From: Chloroflexota bacterium
GTDB lineage: Bacteria > Chloroflexota > UBA11872 > VXOZ01
Assembly: GCA_963662335.2 (NCBI GenBank)
Contig: CAXXVD010000001.1
Coordinates: 352,001 to 416,000 of the forward strand
Length of the DNA: 64,000 nucleotides
Direction: 5' to 3'
This document shows positions 39,302 through 49,394 of the stretch, piece by piece. The translations under genes and the position numbers were made by a program. Under the pieces are notes generated by a model. It did not search any database. It had not been told where the DNA came from and saw nothing but the letters and a program-made list of their open reading frames with translations. Numbering within the stretch: the stretch's first letter is position 1; each line of letters opens with the position of its first letter.

Positions 39302-40462
39302 GTGAGCGACATCATCTTCCTCGACCACGCCGCTACTACGCCGGTGGATCCGGCCGTGCTCGATGCCATGCTGCCCTATCTCACGGAGCAGTGGGGCAAT
39401 CCTTCCGGCATCTACGGTATCGCGCGCCGGGCCAAACAGGCGTTGGAAGAGGCGCGGGAGGACATCGCGGACGTCTTCCTGTGCAGTCCCAACGAAATCG
39501 TCTTCACCGGCAGCGGCAGTGAGGGCGCGAATCTCGCCTTGAAGGGCGTGGCGTACGCCCGGCGCGACGAGGGCCGGCACATCATCACGACCCAGATCGA
39601 GCACCACGCCGTGCTGCACACGTGCCACCGGCTGGAGCAGGAGGGATTCGAGGTAACGTACCTGCCGGTGGACGGCTATGGTGTCGTAGATCTGGACGCG
39701 CTGCGGGAGGCGGTGCGCCCGGATACCATTCTGCTGAGCATGATGATTGCCAACAACGAGGTCGGCGCAATCCAGCCGCTGCAAGAAGCCATCGCGTTGG
39801 CGCGGGAACGGAATCAGGACATCGTGACGCACACCGACGCGGTGCAGGCGGCCGGCTGCATGGAGTTGGACGTGGAAGAGCTTGACATTGACCTGATGTC
39901 AATTGCGGCGCACAAGTTCTACGGGCCGAAAGGGGTGGGCGCGCTCTTCGCCCGGCGCGGCACGCCGCTCATTCCCCTGGTTCAGGGCGGCGGACAGGAA
40001 CGCAACCGGCGCTCCGGCACGGAAAACGTGCCCTACGCGATCGGCATGGCAAAGGCGCTCACGCTGGCCCACACCCACCGCGACGAACGCAACGCGCACT
40101 GCGAGGCCCTGCGCGACCGCCTGCTGGACGGCGTCTGCGCGCGCATCGAGATTGCGGAAGTCACCGGGCATCCCACCCGGCGGCTGCCTCACGTGGCCAG
40201 CTTTACGTTCGCGAACGTGGAGGGCGAAACCGTGCTCCTGAATCTCGACCTGCACGACGTCTGCGCCTCGGCCGGTTCCGCCTGCTCCGCCACCTCGCTG
40301 GAGCCTTCGCACGTGCTGCAGGCGATGGGCGTTCCCGTGCACCGGGCGCGGGGCGCGCTGCGCCTGAGCGTCGGCTACGGCAACACGACGGACGAAATCG
40401 AGCACGTGCTGGAGTTGCTGCCCGGCATTGTCAGCCAGTTGCGCGCGCTGGCCGTGGTGTAA
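39302..40462 (+). CDS. iscS: Cysteine desulfurase (IscS/NifS class I)
   Basis: DHAATTP, GNPS, HTDAVQA, AHKFYGPKG, RSGTEN, SAGSACS. Confidence 0.92.
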   Translation: MSDIIFLDHAATTPVDPAVLDAMLPYLTEQWGNPSGIYGIARRAKQALEEAREDIADVFLCSPNEIVFTGSGSEGANLALKGVAYARRDEGRHIITTQIEHHAVLHTCHRLEQEGFEVTYLPVDGYGVVDLDALREAVRPDTILLSMMIANNEVGAIQPLQEAIALARERNQDIVTHTDAVQAAGCMELDVEELDIDLMSIAAHKFYGPKGVGALFARRGTPLIPLVQGGGQERNRRSGTENVPYAIGMAKALTLAHTHRDERNAHCEALRDRLLDGVCARIEIAEVTGHPTRRLPHVASFTFANVEGETVLLNLDLHDVCASAGSACSATSLEPSHVLQAMGVPVHRARGALRLSVGYGNTTDEIEHVLELLPGIVSQLRALAVV

Positions 40463-40538
40463 GTCCGGCAAGTGCGACATTGGTCTGCGGCTGTCGGGTA
40501 ACCGGCCGTATTTCCCTATCGGACGCAGCGCCTCCTAG

Positions 40539-41636
40539 ATGCCCATGGATTTCATGACTCGCGCTCTCAACCTTGCGGAGCGGGCGCAAGGTCGCACGTC
40601 TCCAAATCCCGCTGTCGGCGCTGTGATCGCGCGGGACGGCGTTGTGGTCGGGGAAGGGTTCACGCAGCCGCCCGGACGGGCTCACGCCGAGGTCATGGCG
40701 CTGGAACAAGCCGGGGCGGCTACCAGGGGCGCTGACCTCTACGTGACGCTCGAGCCCTGCGCGTTTTACGGACGCACGCCGCCCTGCGCGGACGCCATCA
40801 TCGCGGCCGGTATCGCGCGCGTGCACGTGGGCGTGCTCGACCCGCATCCGCAGGTCAACGGGCAGGGCGCGGCGCGTCTCCGCGCCGCCGGTATCGCGGT
40901 TGACGTGGGCGTCAAGGGCGCGCAGGCCCGGCGCTGCCACGAGGCGTATCTCTATAGCGTGCAGAGCGGCCGGCCGTTTGTGACGTTGAAGATGGCGATG
41001 AGCGCCGACGGCAAAGCGGCCGGCGGTGAAACACGGTATTTGACTAGTCAAGCGGCCCTCACGCACGTCCATGAATTGCGCGACCGCAGCGACGCGATCG
41101 TGGCCGGCGTCGGCACGGTGACTGCCGACGACCCGCGCTTGACGACGCGCCTGGCGCGGCCCGACGTGCGGCATCCCCGGCGCTTCATCCTGGATAGCCG
41201 CGGCCGAACGCCGCTGAATGCCCGCGTCCTGCAGCCGGACCTCCCCGGCCAAACCACAATCGTTACCACAGAAGCGGCCCCGGCGGAGCGGCTGCGGCAG
41301 TTCCGGGCGTGCGGCGTAGACGTGTGGCCGCTGCCGGCGTCAAAAGGCCGCATCGACCTGGCGGAATTCTTGCGCGCACTCCACGCGGCCGGCGTTCGCT
41401 CGGCGCTGCTGGAGGGCGGCCCGACCCTGGCCGCGGCATTCCTGAACCAAAACCACGTGCGAAAGTTCCTGCTCTTCGTCGCGCCGCTCCTGGTCGGCAA
41501 CGATGTTGCGCCGCCGCTGCTGGACGGACACGGCGCCGGCACGCTAGCTGCGGCGCGGCGGTTCCACTTTACTTCAGTTAAGCGCATCGGCCCCGACGTG
41601 CTCCTGGCCGCGTACCTCCATGGTGGCGGGGGCTAG
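40539..41636 (+). CDS. ribD: Riboflavin biosynthesis deaminase/reductase
   Basis: PNPAVG, HAE, TLEPC....RTPPC, DDP.LT.R, LEGG. Confidence 0.95.
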   Translation: MPMDFMTRALNLAERAQGRTSPNPAVGAVIARDGVVVGEGFTQPPGRAHAEVMALEQAGAATRGADLYVTLEPCAFYGRTPPCADAIIAAGIARVHVGVLDPHPQVNGQGAARLRAAGIAVDVGVKGAQARRCHEAYLYSVQSGRPFVTLKMAMSADGKAAGGETRYLTSQAALTHVHELRDRSDAIVAGVGTVTADDPRLTTRLARPDVRHPRRFILDSRGRTPLNARVLQPDLPGQTTIVTTEAAPAERLRQFRACGVDVWPLPASKGRIDLAEFLRALHAAGVRSALLEGGPTLAAAFLNQNHVRKFLLFVAPLLVGNDVAPPLLDGHGAGTLAAARRFHFTSVKRIGPDVLLAAYLHGGGG

Positions 41637-41639
41637 GCG

Positions 41640-42014
41640 CGCCGCCGCAGCCATTGAAACAGACATGTAGAGGATTGACCTGCAAGATTCGCAGGTTACA
41701 AACCTGCGCTACCGGAGACTTCGGACGCGAGATTTGCTGTCTTTCTGTTTGCTGCGACAGCATCAGGGGCAAGCCCCCGTGCTCCGGCGAAACGGCGTAG
41801 GGGCACGACATGTCGTGCCCCTACGCCTGTTGGCAAACGAGGCAAGGGTGTTCTTGTGACGCCCTTCCAAGCAAGTGCGACAGCAGCGGGGGACAAGCCC
41901 CCGCGCTACGATGTGGCGAAGAGGCGGGGGACGAGCCCCCGCGCTACGGTTTGCGCAAGAGGCGGGGGACTAGCCCCCGCGCCACGGTTTGGCCAAGAGG
42001 CGGGGGACAAGCCC
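41640..42014. repeat. REP/MITE cluster between ribD and ribE
   Basis: Degenerate MITE body (about 41645-41766), GTAG palindrome at 41797-41824, four tandem GCGGGGGACAAGCCCCCGCGCTAC-type units from about 41886. Confidence 0.85.
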
Positions 42015-42177
42015 CAATGTTGTCGCATTAACGTAGCGCGGGGGCTAGTCCCCCGCCGGAGCCATTGAAACTGACACGAAAGAGAATTGACCTAACAGCC
42101 TCGCAGGTTACAAACCTGCGCTACCAGAAGTCTGGGACGCGAGTTTTGCCGTCTCTTTGTTTAATGCGACAACATTA
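42015..42177. mobile_element. 163-bp MITE with 11-bp target duplication inside a REP
   Basis: CAATGTTGTCGCATTAA ... TTAATGCGACAACATTA flanked by GGGACAAGCCC at 42004-42014 and 42178-42188. Confidence 0.88.
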
Positions 42178-42277
42178 GGGACAAGCCCCCGCGCTACGGC
42201 GTGCCAATTGGGGGCGGACTGCGCGCCCGGGGTCTCCCAGAGCCGGTATAATCGAAAGAAAGACACGGGAGCGCGGC

Positions 42278-42883
42278 ATGTTTACGGGCATCATCACGGC
42301 GCTTGGCACGGTCGAGCGCATGGCGGTTACTTCGGCGGGCGCGGAGTTGGCGATTGCGGCGCCGGAGCTTGCGGAAGACCTCAGCGCCGGTGAGAGCGTG
42401 GCCGTCAACGGCGCGTGCCTTACGGTGGCCGCACTCGCGCCGCCCATATTCACCGCACAGCTTACGCCGGAGACTCTGGCCCGCACCTGCCTAAGCGACC
42501 TGGCGGCCGGCGACACGGTGAACTTGGAACCCGCCTTGCGCCTGGGCGATCGTCTTGGCGGCCACGTGGTGCAAGGCCACGTCGATGCTACCGGCGCCAT
42601 TCGCGAGCGCAGCGCGGTGGGCGAATCCGTGGTGATGCGCTTCGCCGCGCCGCCGGACGTGCGCCGCTACCTGATCGTGAAAGGCTCGATCGCCGTAGAC
42701 GGCGTCAGCCTGACCGTTGCCGACCTCGATGCGCAGTCATTTGCCGTTTCCCTGGTACAATATACCCAAGAACACACGAATCTCATGCGCAAGCCGCCGG
42801 GCGCGCGTGTTAATCTGGAAGTAGACCTGTTCGCGAAATACGTGGAGCGCCTGTTGCCGCAAGCGCCGAGTCCGCAGCGCTAA
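42278..42883 (+). CDS. ribE: Riboflavin synthase alpha chain
   Basis: MFTGII, SVAVNGACLTV, GGHVVQGHVD, KGSIAVDGVSLTV. Confidence 0.96.
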   Translation: MFTGIITALGTVERMAVTSAGAELAIAAPELAEDLSAGESVAVNGACLTVAALAPPIFTAQLTPETLARTCLSDLAAGDTVNLEPALRLGDRLGGHVVQGHVDATGAIRERSAVGESVVMRFAAPPDVRRYLIVKGSIAVDGVSLTVADLDAQSFAVSLVQYTQEHTNLMRKPPGARVNLEVDLFAKYVERLLPQAPSPQR

Positions 42884-42902
42884 GCGCAAGGAAGCAACAC
42901 GA

Positions 42903-44120
42903 ATGCCACTGGCAACCATTGAAGAGGCCGTCAGGGAGTACCGCCGCGGCAACTTCGTCATCATCATCGATGACAAAGACCGGGAGAACGAAGGCGATCT
43001 CTGCATTGCCGCGGAGAAGATCACGCCCGAGCAGATCAACTTCATGGCCAAGCACGGGCGCGGCCTGATCTGCGCGCCGCTCACCGGCCAGCGGTTGGAC
43101 GAACTGCGCATTCCGCTGATGGTGTCGAACAACACCACCATGTATGGCACGGCGTTCACCGTTTCCGTAGAGTCGCGGCACGGCGTCGCCAGCGGCATCT
43201 CGGCGTTCGACCGGGCGACCACCATCAAGGCGCTCGTTGACCCCGATACCGCGCCCAGCGACCTGATCATGCCGGGGCACACCTTTCCCTTGCGCGCCTG
43301 CGACGGCGGGGTGCTGGTCCGCGCCGGCCATACGGAAGCGAGTATCGACCTGGCCAAGCTGGCCGACCTCTATCCCGGCGCGGTGGTCTGCGAGATCATG
43401 GACGATGACGGCAAGATGATGCGCCTGCCGCAACTGGAGGAGTTCGCCGCCAGGCACGGCATCATCATCATCAGCATCGCCGACCTCATCGAGTACCGCT
43501 ACCGCACGGAGAGCATCGCGCGGCGGGTTGCCCGCAGCCGCATTCCCACCGAGTTTGGCGAGTTTGCGGCGGTCGCGTACGAGAGCACCGCCGACGGGCA
43601 GGAAGGGATTGCGCTGGTTGCCGGCGCGATCACGCCGGACGAACCGGCGCTGGTGCGCGTCCACTCCCAGTGCGCCACCGGCGACGCGCTCGGTTCGCTG
43701 CGCTGCGATTGCGGCATGCAACTGCGCCTCGCCATGCGCATGGTGCAGGAAGCGGGCAAGGGAGTCATCCTCTACCTGAATCAAGAAGGCCGCGGCATCG
43801 GGCTGATGAACAAGATGCGCGCTTACGAGTTGCAGGACGACGGTCTCGATACAGTCGAGGCCAATCATCGCCTGGGCTTGGGCGCGGACCAGCGTCACTA
43901 CGGTTTCGGCTGCCAGGTGTTGAAAGATCTGGGCGCGCACAAAGTGCGGCTGCTTACCAACAGCCCCATCAAGGCGGCGGCGCTGCGCGTCTACGGCCTA
44001 GAGATGGTCGAGCGCGTGCCCCTGAACGTGGAACCGAACAGCGAGAACCGCCGCTACCTGCAAACGAAACGTGATAGACTGGGACACGATCTGTCGTTTG
44101 CCGCGCAGGACACGGAGTGA
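42903..44120 (+). CDS. ribBA: Bifunctional DHBP synthase / GTP cyclohydrolase II
   Basis: DRENEGD, R.GHTEA, RVHS.C.TGD...S.RCDCG, QEGRGIG. Confidence 0.96.
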   Translation: MPLATIEEAVREYRRGNFVIIIDDKDRENEGDLCIAAEKITPEQINFMAKHGRGLICAPLTGQRLDELRIPLMVSNNTTMYGTAFTVSVESRHGVASGISAFDRATTIKALVDPDTAPSDLIMPGHTFPLRACDGGVLVRAGHTEASIDLAKLADLYPGAVVCEIMDDDGKMMRLPQLEEFAARHGIIIISIADLIEYRYRTESIARRVARSRIPTEFGEFAAVAYESTADGQEGIALVAGAITPDEPALVRVHSQCATGDALGSLRCDCGMQLRLAMRMVQEAGKGVILYLNQEGRGIGLMNKMRAYELQDDGLDTVEANHRLGLGADQRHYGFGCQVLKDLGAHKVRLLTNSPIKAAALRVYGLEMVERVPLNVEPNSENRRYLQTKRDRLGHDLSFAAQDTE

Positions 44121-44593
44121 ACGCACCTGTGGCACGCACCATCGAGGGCACGTTCGCGAGCGCGGACCACCGCTTCGGTATCGTGGCGGCGCGCTTCAAC
44201 GAACTCTTCGTGGACCGGCTCATCCACGGCGCGGTAGACGGCCTGACGCGCCACGGCGTGAACGACGACGCCATCGTCGTGGTGCGCGTGCCCGGTTCTT
44301 TGGAGATTCCCCTTGCGGCCCAGCGCCTGGCCGCGAATGGCGGCTATAGCGCCATCATTTGCCTGGGCGTCGTGATCCGGGGGGCTACCGCGCACTTCCA
44401 GCACGTGACCGACGGGGCCGCCAGCGGCATCGCCCAGGTCGCCCTTACCCACGACGTGCCGGTCATCAACGGCCTGATCGCGGCGGAATCGCTGGAACAA
44501 GCCACGGAACGCGCCGGCACGAAACTGGGCAACAAGGGCTTCGACGCCGCCCTGGCCGCGTTGGAGATGGCGAATCTGCTGAAGCAGATCTAG
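44117..44593 (+). CDS. ribH: 6,7-dimethyl-8-ribityllumazine synthase
   Basis: ARFN, VPGS.EIP, LG.VIRG.T.HF, GNKG. Confidence 0.96.
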   Translation: MNAPVARTIEGTFASADHRFGIVAARFNELFVDRLIHGAVDGLTRHGVNDDAIVVVRVPGSLEIPLAAQRLAANGGYSAIICLGVVIRGATAHFQHVTDGAASGIAQVALTHDVPVINGLIAAESLEQATERAGTKLGNKGFDAALAALEMANLLKQI

Positions 44594-44786
44594 GCGCGCC
44601 TCTCGACGCACGGTTGGGCCGCACCGGCGCTCTCCTCCCTCTGACCGCGAGACGGCGCTCTGCTCGGCGTATCGGACTACAGCCACCGCTCAGACACGAG
44701 CCGTCTTCTGCCAGCGTGTTACGCTGTATCCATGATTGCGGTACAGTGGAACCAAGGAGTTTGGAGCAACAGAGTCAGGAACGCAG

Positions 44787-45935
44787 ATGAATCAGGGGAC
44801 GTTCCCGCTCTTTCGGTTAGCGGGCATTACCGTGCGTCTGCATTACACCTGGTTCTTGGCATTCTTTCTCATTGCCTGGTCGTTGCCGCGCTTTGTCTTT
44901 CCGCTCGGATACCCCGGCTGGTCCGACGTCCACTATTGGCTTGCGGGCAGCGCGGCCGCGCTGTTGCTCTTCGCGTCGGTGCTGTTTCACGAGTTTGCGC
45001 ACTCGTTCGTGGCGCTCTGGCGCGGCCTGAAAGTCGATAGCATAACGCTCTTCGTCTTTGGCGGCGCGGCCGCGCTCACGTCCGAGCCGCGGCGGCCGGG
45101 CGACGAGTTCCTGATTGCCGTGGTTGGCCCCGCCAGCAGCCTGCTCCTCGCCGTCGTCTTCTTCATGCTGAGCATCCTCATCCCACCGGACGTACCGGCG
45201 CGCGCCTTCGCCATCCATCTGGCGTTTGCGAACGGCGTCCTTGCCGTTTTCAATTTGCTCCCCGGCTTCCCGCTGGACGGCGGCCGCGTATTTCGCGCCA
45301 TCGTTTGGGCCGTCACCGGCAGCATGAGGAAGGGTACGACCATCGCCACCATCGTGGGGCAGGTCTTCGCCTTCGGCCTGATCGCGCTCGGCATCTACCT
45401 GGTCTTCAACGGCGGCCTCTTGTTCGGCATCTGGAATATCTTCATCGGTTGGTTCCTCAATGGCGCCGCCGCCGCGAACCGCCGCCAGGTGACCCAGGAC
45501 GAGTCCTTGCGCGGCATCACCGCCGCCGCCCTTATGCGCGCCAATCCACCCGTAGCGCATCCCGACGAGACCATGGACAGCGTCGTGCTGACCATGCTTG
45601 CCGACGAGGGCGTCCGCGCCCTGCCGGTGGTGCGGGAGGGCCGCGTGGCCGGCATCATCACCATCAGCGACGTGCGCGCCGTGCGCCAGGCCGACTGGTA
45701 CCGCACGCCAGTGGCCAGCGTCATGACCCCCGCGCCGCTCATCACCGTGGGGCCAAACGAGCCGATCCTGCACGTCTTCGCGCTGTTGGATGAGCACGCC
45801 ATCCACCACGTGCTGGTGATGGATGGCGACGCGCTCGTGGGAGTGCTGAGCCGGGGCGACATGGTGCGCTTGCTCGAGCTTTCCGGCTCGCCGGCCCCCA
45901 GCGGGATGCGCGCCCAGCGGCCGGCAGACCGCTAA
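44787..45935 (+). CDS. Site-2 protease (M50) with tandem CBS domains
   Basis: HEFAH, FNLLPGFPLDGG, two CBS domains. Confidence 0.93.
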   Translation: MNQGTFPLFRLAGITVRLHYTWFLAFFLIAWSLPRFVFPLGYPGWSDVHYWLAGSAAALLLFASVLFHEFAHSFVALWRGLKVDSITLFVFGGAAALTSEPRRPGDEFLIAVVGPASSLLLAVVFFMLSILIPPDVPARAFAIHLAFANGVLAVFNLLPGFPLDGGRVFRAIVWAVTGSMRKGTTIATIVGQVFAFGLIALGIYLVFNGGLLFGIWNIFIGWFLNGAAAANRRQVTQDESLRGITAAALMRANPPVAHPDETMDSVVLTMLADEGVRALPVVREGRVAGIITISDVRAVRQADWYRTPVASVMTPAPLITVGPNEPILHVFALLDEHAIHHVLVMDGDALVGVLSRGDMVRLLELSGSPAPSGMRAQRPADR

Positions 45936-46131
45936 GCCGGCGCTTCCAAGTCCCTTTGTCGCCTTCTTTCCTTCAGTTGCCAGCGGGCAGCCAAATGCGT
46001 AGAATGCACGTTAACGTGCACGTCAAAGGCCGGTTGCGCGTCCCATTGCGGGCGGTTGCGCGTCCGCCGCGCGGCGCGAACGCGGACGCCGCTGACGGTT
46101 TCGTCCGGCCATTCGAGAAAAGATTGACACA

Positions 46132-47484
46132 CTGAGCGTCCAAGCCTCGACACCGAAGTCCAATGAGCCCGAAACCGCGGCCGGCCCCGGCGACGGCGAG
46201 AAGACGCGGGGCATCGCGTCCATAGCTCGCACTTTCGACGCGCTGACCGTCCCCGCCTTCCGCGACATGTGGCTGAGCATGTTGATCGGCTTTGGCGGGC
46301 TGCAAGTCGCCATCATCTCGCGCGGCTATTTGGCGTTCGACCTCACCGGTTCCGCCGGCATGCTCGGCCTCGTCAGCCTGGCCATGGGCGTGCCCATGCT
46401 GGTGTTCTCGCCGGTGGCCGGCGTACTGGCCGACCGGCTGGACAAGCGCAGTCTGCTAGTCGGCACGCATCTCTTCATGTTCGTGAATTCCGGCATTCTG
46501 GCGTTTCTCATCCACACGGGCCTCATTGCCGTCTGGCATCTCATCGTCTTCGGCTTCATGCAGGGAATTGCCTTCTCGCTCCACATGCCTACGCGCTCCT
46601 CGCTCATTCCCGCGCTGGTGGGGCGGGAACGGCTCGGCAACGCCATCGCGCTCAACAACTCCGGCCGCAATATGATGACGATCGTGGGGCCGGCGGTGGC
46701 GGGCATCGTCATCGTGACGCCGTGGCTGGGTGTTGCCGGCGCTTTCGACATCACCGCCTGCTGCTACGGCGCGGCCACGCTCTTCATCCTGCGCCTGCCC
46801 AAGACCGGCGACGGCGGCAAGCAAGCCAAGCCCGGCAAGTTCTCCGCGCAGATGGTGGACGGCTTCAGGTACGTCTTCACCGAGCGCACGCTGCTCTTGC
46901 TCTTGAGCCTGGCGTTCGTACCGCTGCTGCTGGGACGGCCCTACCAGATGCTGCTGCCGGTCTTTCAGGCGGACGTGCTGGGCGTGGACGCGCGCTGGCT
47001 CGGCTTCCTGAACGCGGCCACCGGCGCCGGCGGCCTGCTCGGTTCGCTGCTCGTGGCCTACCTGGCGGCCAGCCAGCGCGCCAAGCTGCTGCAAGTGGTC
47101 TTCGGCGGGTTGTTCGGCATCTCACTGCTGCTCTTTGCCTACAGCACCTCGCTCACGCTGAGCCTCGTGCTGGTGGGCCTCGTGGGGCTGACGGCAAACG
47201 CGTACATGTCTCTGAACAACACGCTGGTGATGCTGCACACCGACCAGGCCTACTACGGCCGGGTGATGAGCATCTACATGATGGCCTTCTCGCTCATGCC
47301 GCTGGCCGCGTTCCCGATGGGCGTGCTGGTCGACCGCTGGAGCGCGCCGCAGGTCGTCGGGGTTGCCGGGGCGGTTATCCTGCTCTTCATCCTGGCAATC
47401 TCGGTAGCCGTGCCCAGCATGCGCCAGGAGGACACCGGTGAACCGCAGGCCGCTCCGCCCAGGCGGACTCCGGCGCCGCTGTGA
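46132..47484 (+). CDS. MFS transporter (start uncertain; first ATG at 46267)
   Basis: GVLADRLDKR, GRVMSIY, about 12 TM; MFS-like FDAL..PAFR lies upstream of the first ATG. Confidence 0.88.
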   Translation: MSVQASTPKSNEPETAAGPGDGEKTRGIASIARTFDALTVPAFRDMWLSMLIGFGGLQVAIISRGYLAFDLTGSAGMLGLVSLAMGVPMLVFSPVAGVLADRLDKRSLLVGTHLFMFVNSGILAFLIHTGLIAVWHLIVFGFMQGIAFSLHMPTRSSLIPALVGRERLGNAIALNNSGRNMMTIVGPAVAGIVIVTPWLGVAGAFDITACCYGAATLFILRLPKTGDGGKQAKPGKFSAQMVDGFRYVFTERTLLLLLSLAFVPLLLGRPYQMLLPVFQADVLGVDARWLGFLNAATGAGGLLGSLLVAYLAASQRAKLLQVVFGGLFGISLLLFAYSTSLTLSLVLVGLVGLTANAYMSLNNTLVMLHTDQAYYGRVMSIYMMAFSLMPLAAFPMGVLVDRWSAPQVVGVAGAVILLFILAISVAVPSMRQEDTGEPQAAPPRRTPAPL

Positions 47485-47662
47485 TCTCAAATCTGTTTGC
47501 AGCGCCTTCACAGATTCTGCGCACTCACTGTGTATGCGAATACTTACAATAGAATGCCTCTTGACTACTCCGGCCCTTCGACGGTAACGTAAAGCTACGA
47601 TTCCCGTGGAGGACTTGCGGATTGGACGCCGCGCTAGGAAGTGGCTCAAGGAGCAAAGGAGT

Positions 47663-48049
47663 ATGATCTACGGCAGAGAAGAGGCTGTAGTAAAGTACGC
47701 AAGCCGCAGCCGGACACTTATTCAGCAAGCGCAAGTGGAACTCCAGCAAGGCGATGCGCCGCAAGCTTCTGAAAAAGCCTGGGGCGCGGCGGCGCAGGCC
47801 GTGAAAGCCATCGCTGAACTCAGAGGCTGGGAGCACAGAACGCACGCGCATCTCTTCCAGAACATGACCTCGATCAGCGCCGAGTTGGGCGATCCTGAGT
47901 TGCTTGCGCTGTTCAGAGAGGCCAACTCCCTGCACCAGAACTTCTATGAAGACGCGCAGACCGTTGAATCCGTGCGGGGCGGCGTTGACCACGTCGCACA
48001 ACTGGTCGCGCGGCTGCTGCCTCTGACGCCGGCGCCACCGGCGGGCTGA
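47663..48049 (+). CDS. PaREP1-like (HEPN-fold) protein
   Basis: QASEKAWGAAA, HRTH..L, LHQNFYE. Confidence 0.8.
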   Translation: MIYGREEAVVKYASRSRTLIQQAQVELQQGDAPQASEKAWGAAAQAVKAIAELRGWEHRTHAHLFQNMTSISAELGDPELLALFREANSLHQNFYEDAQTVESVRGGVDHVAQLVARLLPLTPAPPAG

Positions 48050-48121
48050 TCGTTTGGACAGAGGTGTGTTTGCCGCGCCTGTGGCTGGGAGTCGATTCCG
48101 CACAACTGGAGTGACTGCAAC

Positions 48122-48835
48122 ATGGCGGAAGAAGCTGTGGAGTGGGGCTATACGGGCGAAATCGGCCCGGCGCACTGGGGCAACCTCTCGCCGGATTTTG
48201 CGGCGTGCAAACTTGGCGCGGCGCAGTCGCCAATCGACCTGACCGGCGACGCGCAACCGCGGCCCCACGACCTGGCGTTCCACTACACTCCCGCGCCATT
48301 GGAAATCGCCAACAACGGACACACCATCCAGGTAGACTATGCGCCCGGCAGCACGCTCGTCAGCGGCGGCAGAGAGTACGCGCTGCTCCAGTTCCACTTC
48401 CACCGCTTGAGCGAACACACGCGGGACGGCAGACCCGCCGACTTGGAAATGCACCTGGTGCACCAAGACGCGGCCGGGAATCTCGCCGTTGTCGGCGTCT
48501 TCCTGAATGCGGGGCGGCGAAACGAGGCGCTGCAGGCGGTGTGGGCGCACGCGCCGGCCGAGAAGGGCGGGCAGCGCCGCGCGGCAGGGACAGCCATAGA
48601 CGCTGCCGATCTGCTGCCCGCCGACCTTTCCTACTACAGCTACGTTGGCTCGCTCACCACGCCGCCGTGTTCTGAAGGCGTGCGGTGGTTCGTCCTCAGC
48701 AGCCCGGTGGAAGTTTCGCCGGCGCAACTTGCGCGATTCGCGGCGCTCTATCCGGACAACGCCCGTCCCATCCAGCCGCTCAACGGGCGGCCGGTTTTCT
48801 TTAGCCCAGCGACCGCCTACCGGCGATACGGTTGA
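48122..48835 (+). CDS. Alpha-class carbonic anhydrase
   Basis: QSPID, NNGHT, QFHFH..SEH, EMHLVH, GSLTTPPCSEGV.W, N.RP.Q. Confidence 0.95.
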   Translation: MAEEAVEWGYTGEIGPAHWGNLSPDFAACKLGAAQSPIDLTGDAQPRPHDLAFHYTPAPLEIANNGHTIQVDYAPGSTLVSGGREYALLQFHFHRLSEHTRDGRPADLEMHLVHQDAAGNLAVVGVFLNAGRRNEALQAVWAHAPAEKGGQRRAAGTAIDAADLLPADLSYYSYVGSLTTPPCSEGVRWFVLSSPVEVSPAQLARFAALYPDNARPIQPLNGRPVFFSPATAYRRYG

Positions 48836-48922
48836 CTTCTTAGACGTATCGCAGTATCGTAGTTATGCCTGACCCTAGAGAACACGCGCGTTGTGCACCG
48901 TATAGAGAATGCAGAGCGAGCA

Positions 48923-49306
48923 ATGAAGGACAACGGCAGAGACGAAACCGTGGAGAAGCATCTCAGCATCAGCCGGGACTTCATTCGCCAGGCCCAAGTG
49001 GAACTTGACAAAGGCGAGCGGCTACAAGCGTCGGAGAAAGCGTGGGGCGCGGCGGCCCATGCGGTGAAGGCGGTTGCTCAGCAGCGAGAGTGGCAGCATC
49101 GCAGCCATAGCCACCTCTTTCAGGCGGTCAGCAGACTCTCTTCCGAGCAAAACGATCCTGAATTGCGCACCCTCTTCAATATAGCAAGCACGCTGCATCA
49201 GAACTTCTACGAAGATTGGCGCACCGAAGACTTCGTGCAAGACGGCATCGACGACGTGGCCCGGCTGCTTGGAAAGCTGGACTCGCTTGCGCCGCCGTCT
49301 CGCTGA
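48923..49306 (+). CDS. PaREP1-like (HEPN-fold) protein
   Basis: QASEKAWGAAA, HRSH..L, LHQNFYE; paralog of 47663-48049. Confidence 0.8.
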   Translation: MKDNGRDETVEKHLSISRDFIRQAQVELDKGERLQASEKAWGAAAHAVKAVAQQREWQHRSHSHLFQAVSRLSSEQNDPELRTLFNIASTLHQNFYEDWRTEDFVQDGIDDVARLLGKLDSLAPPSR

Positions 49307-49394
49307 ACTGAGTAACGCTCTTGCACGTGTGCAGCGACCGCCTCAAAGCGCTTTACACCGGCAACTGGTAATCCGGCGTTTGCACGGCCACGTG

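Noticed and set aside
40463-40538. FMN riboswitch before ribD
   Set aside because: The gap is only 76 nt and lacks the conserved FMN aptamer motifs
41886-42014. CRISPR array
   Set aside because: Spacers are about 14 nt and mutually similar; same REP family as elsewhere
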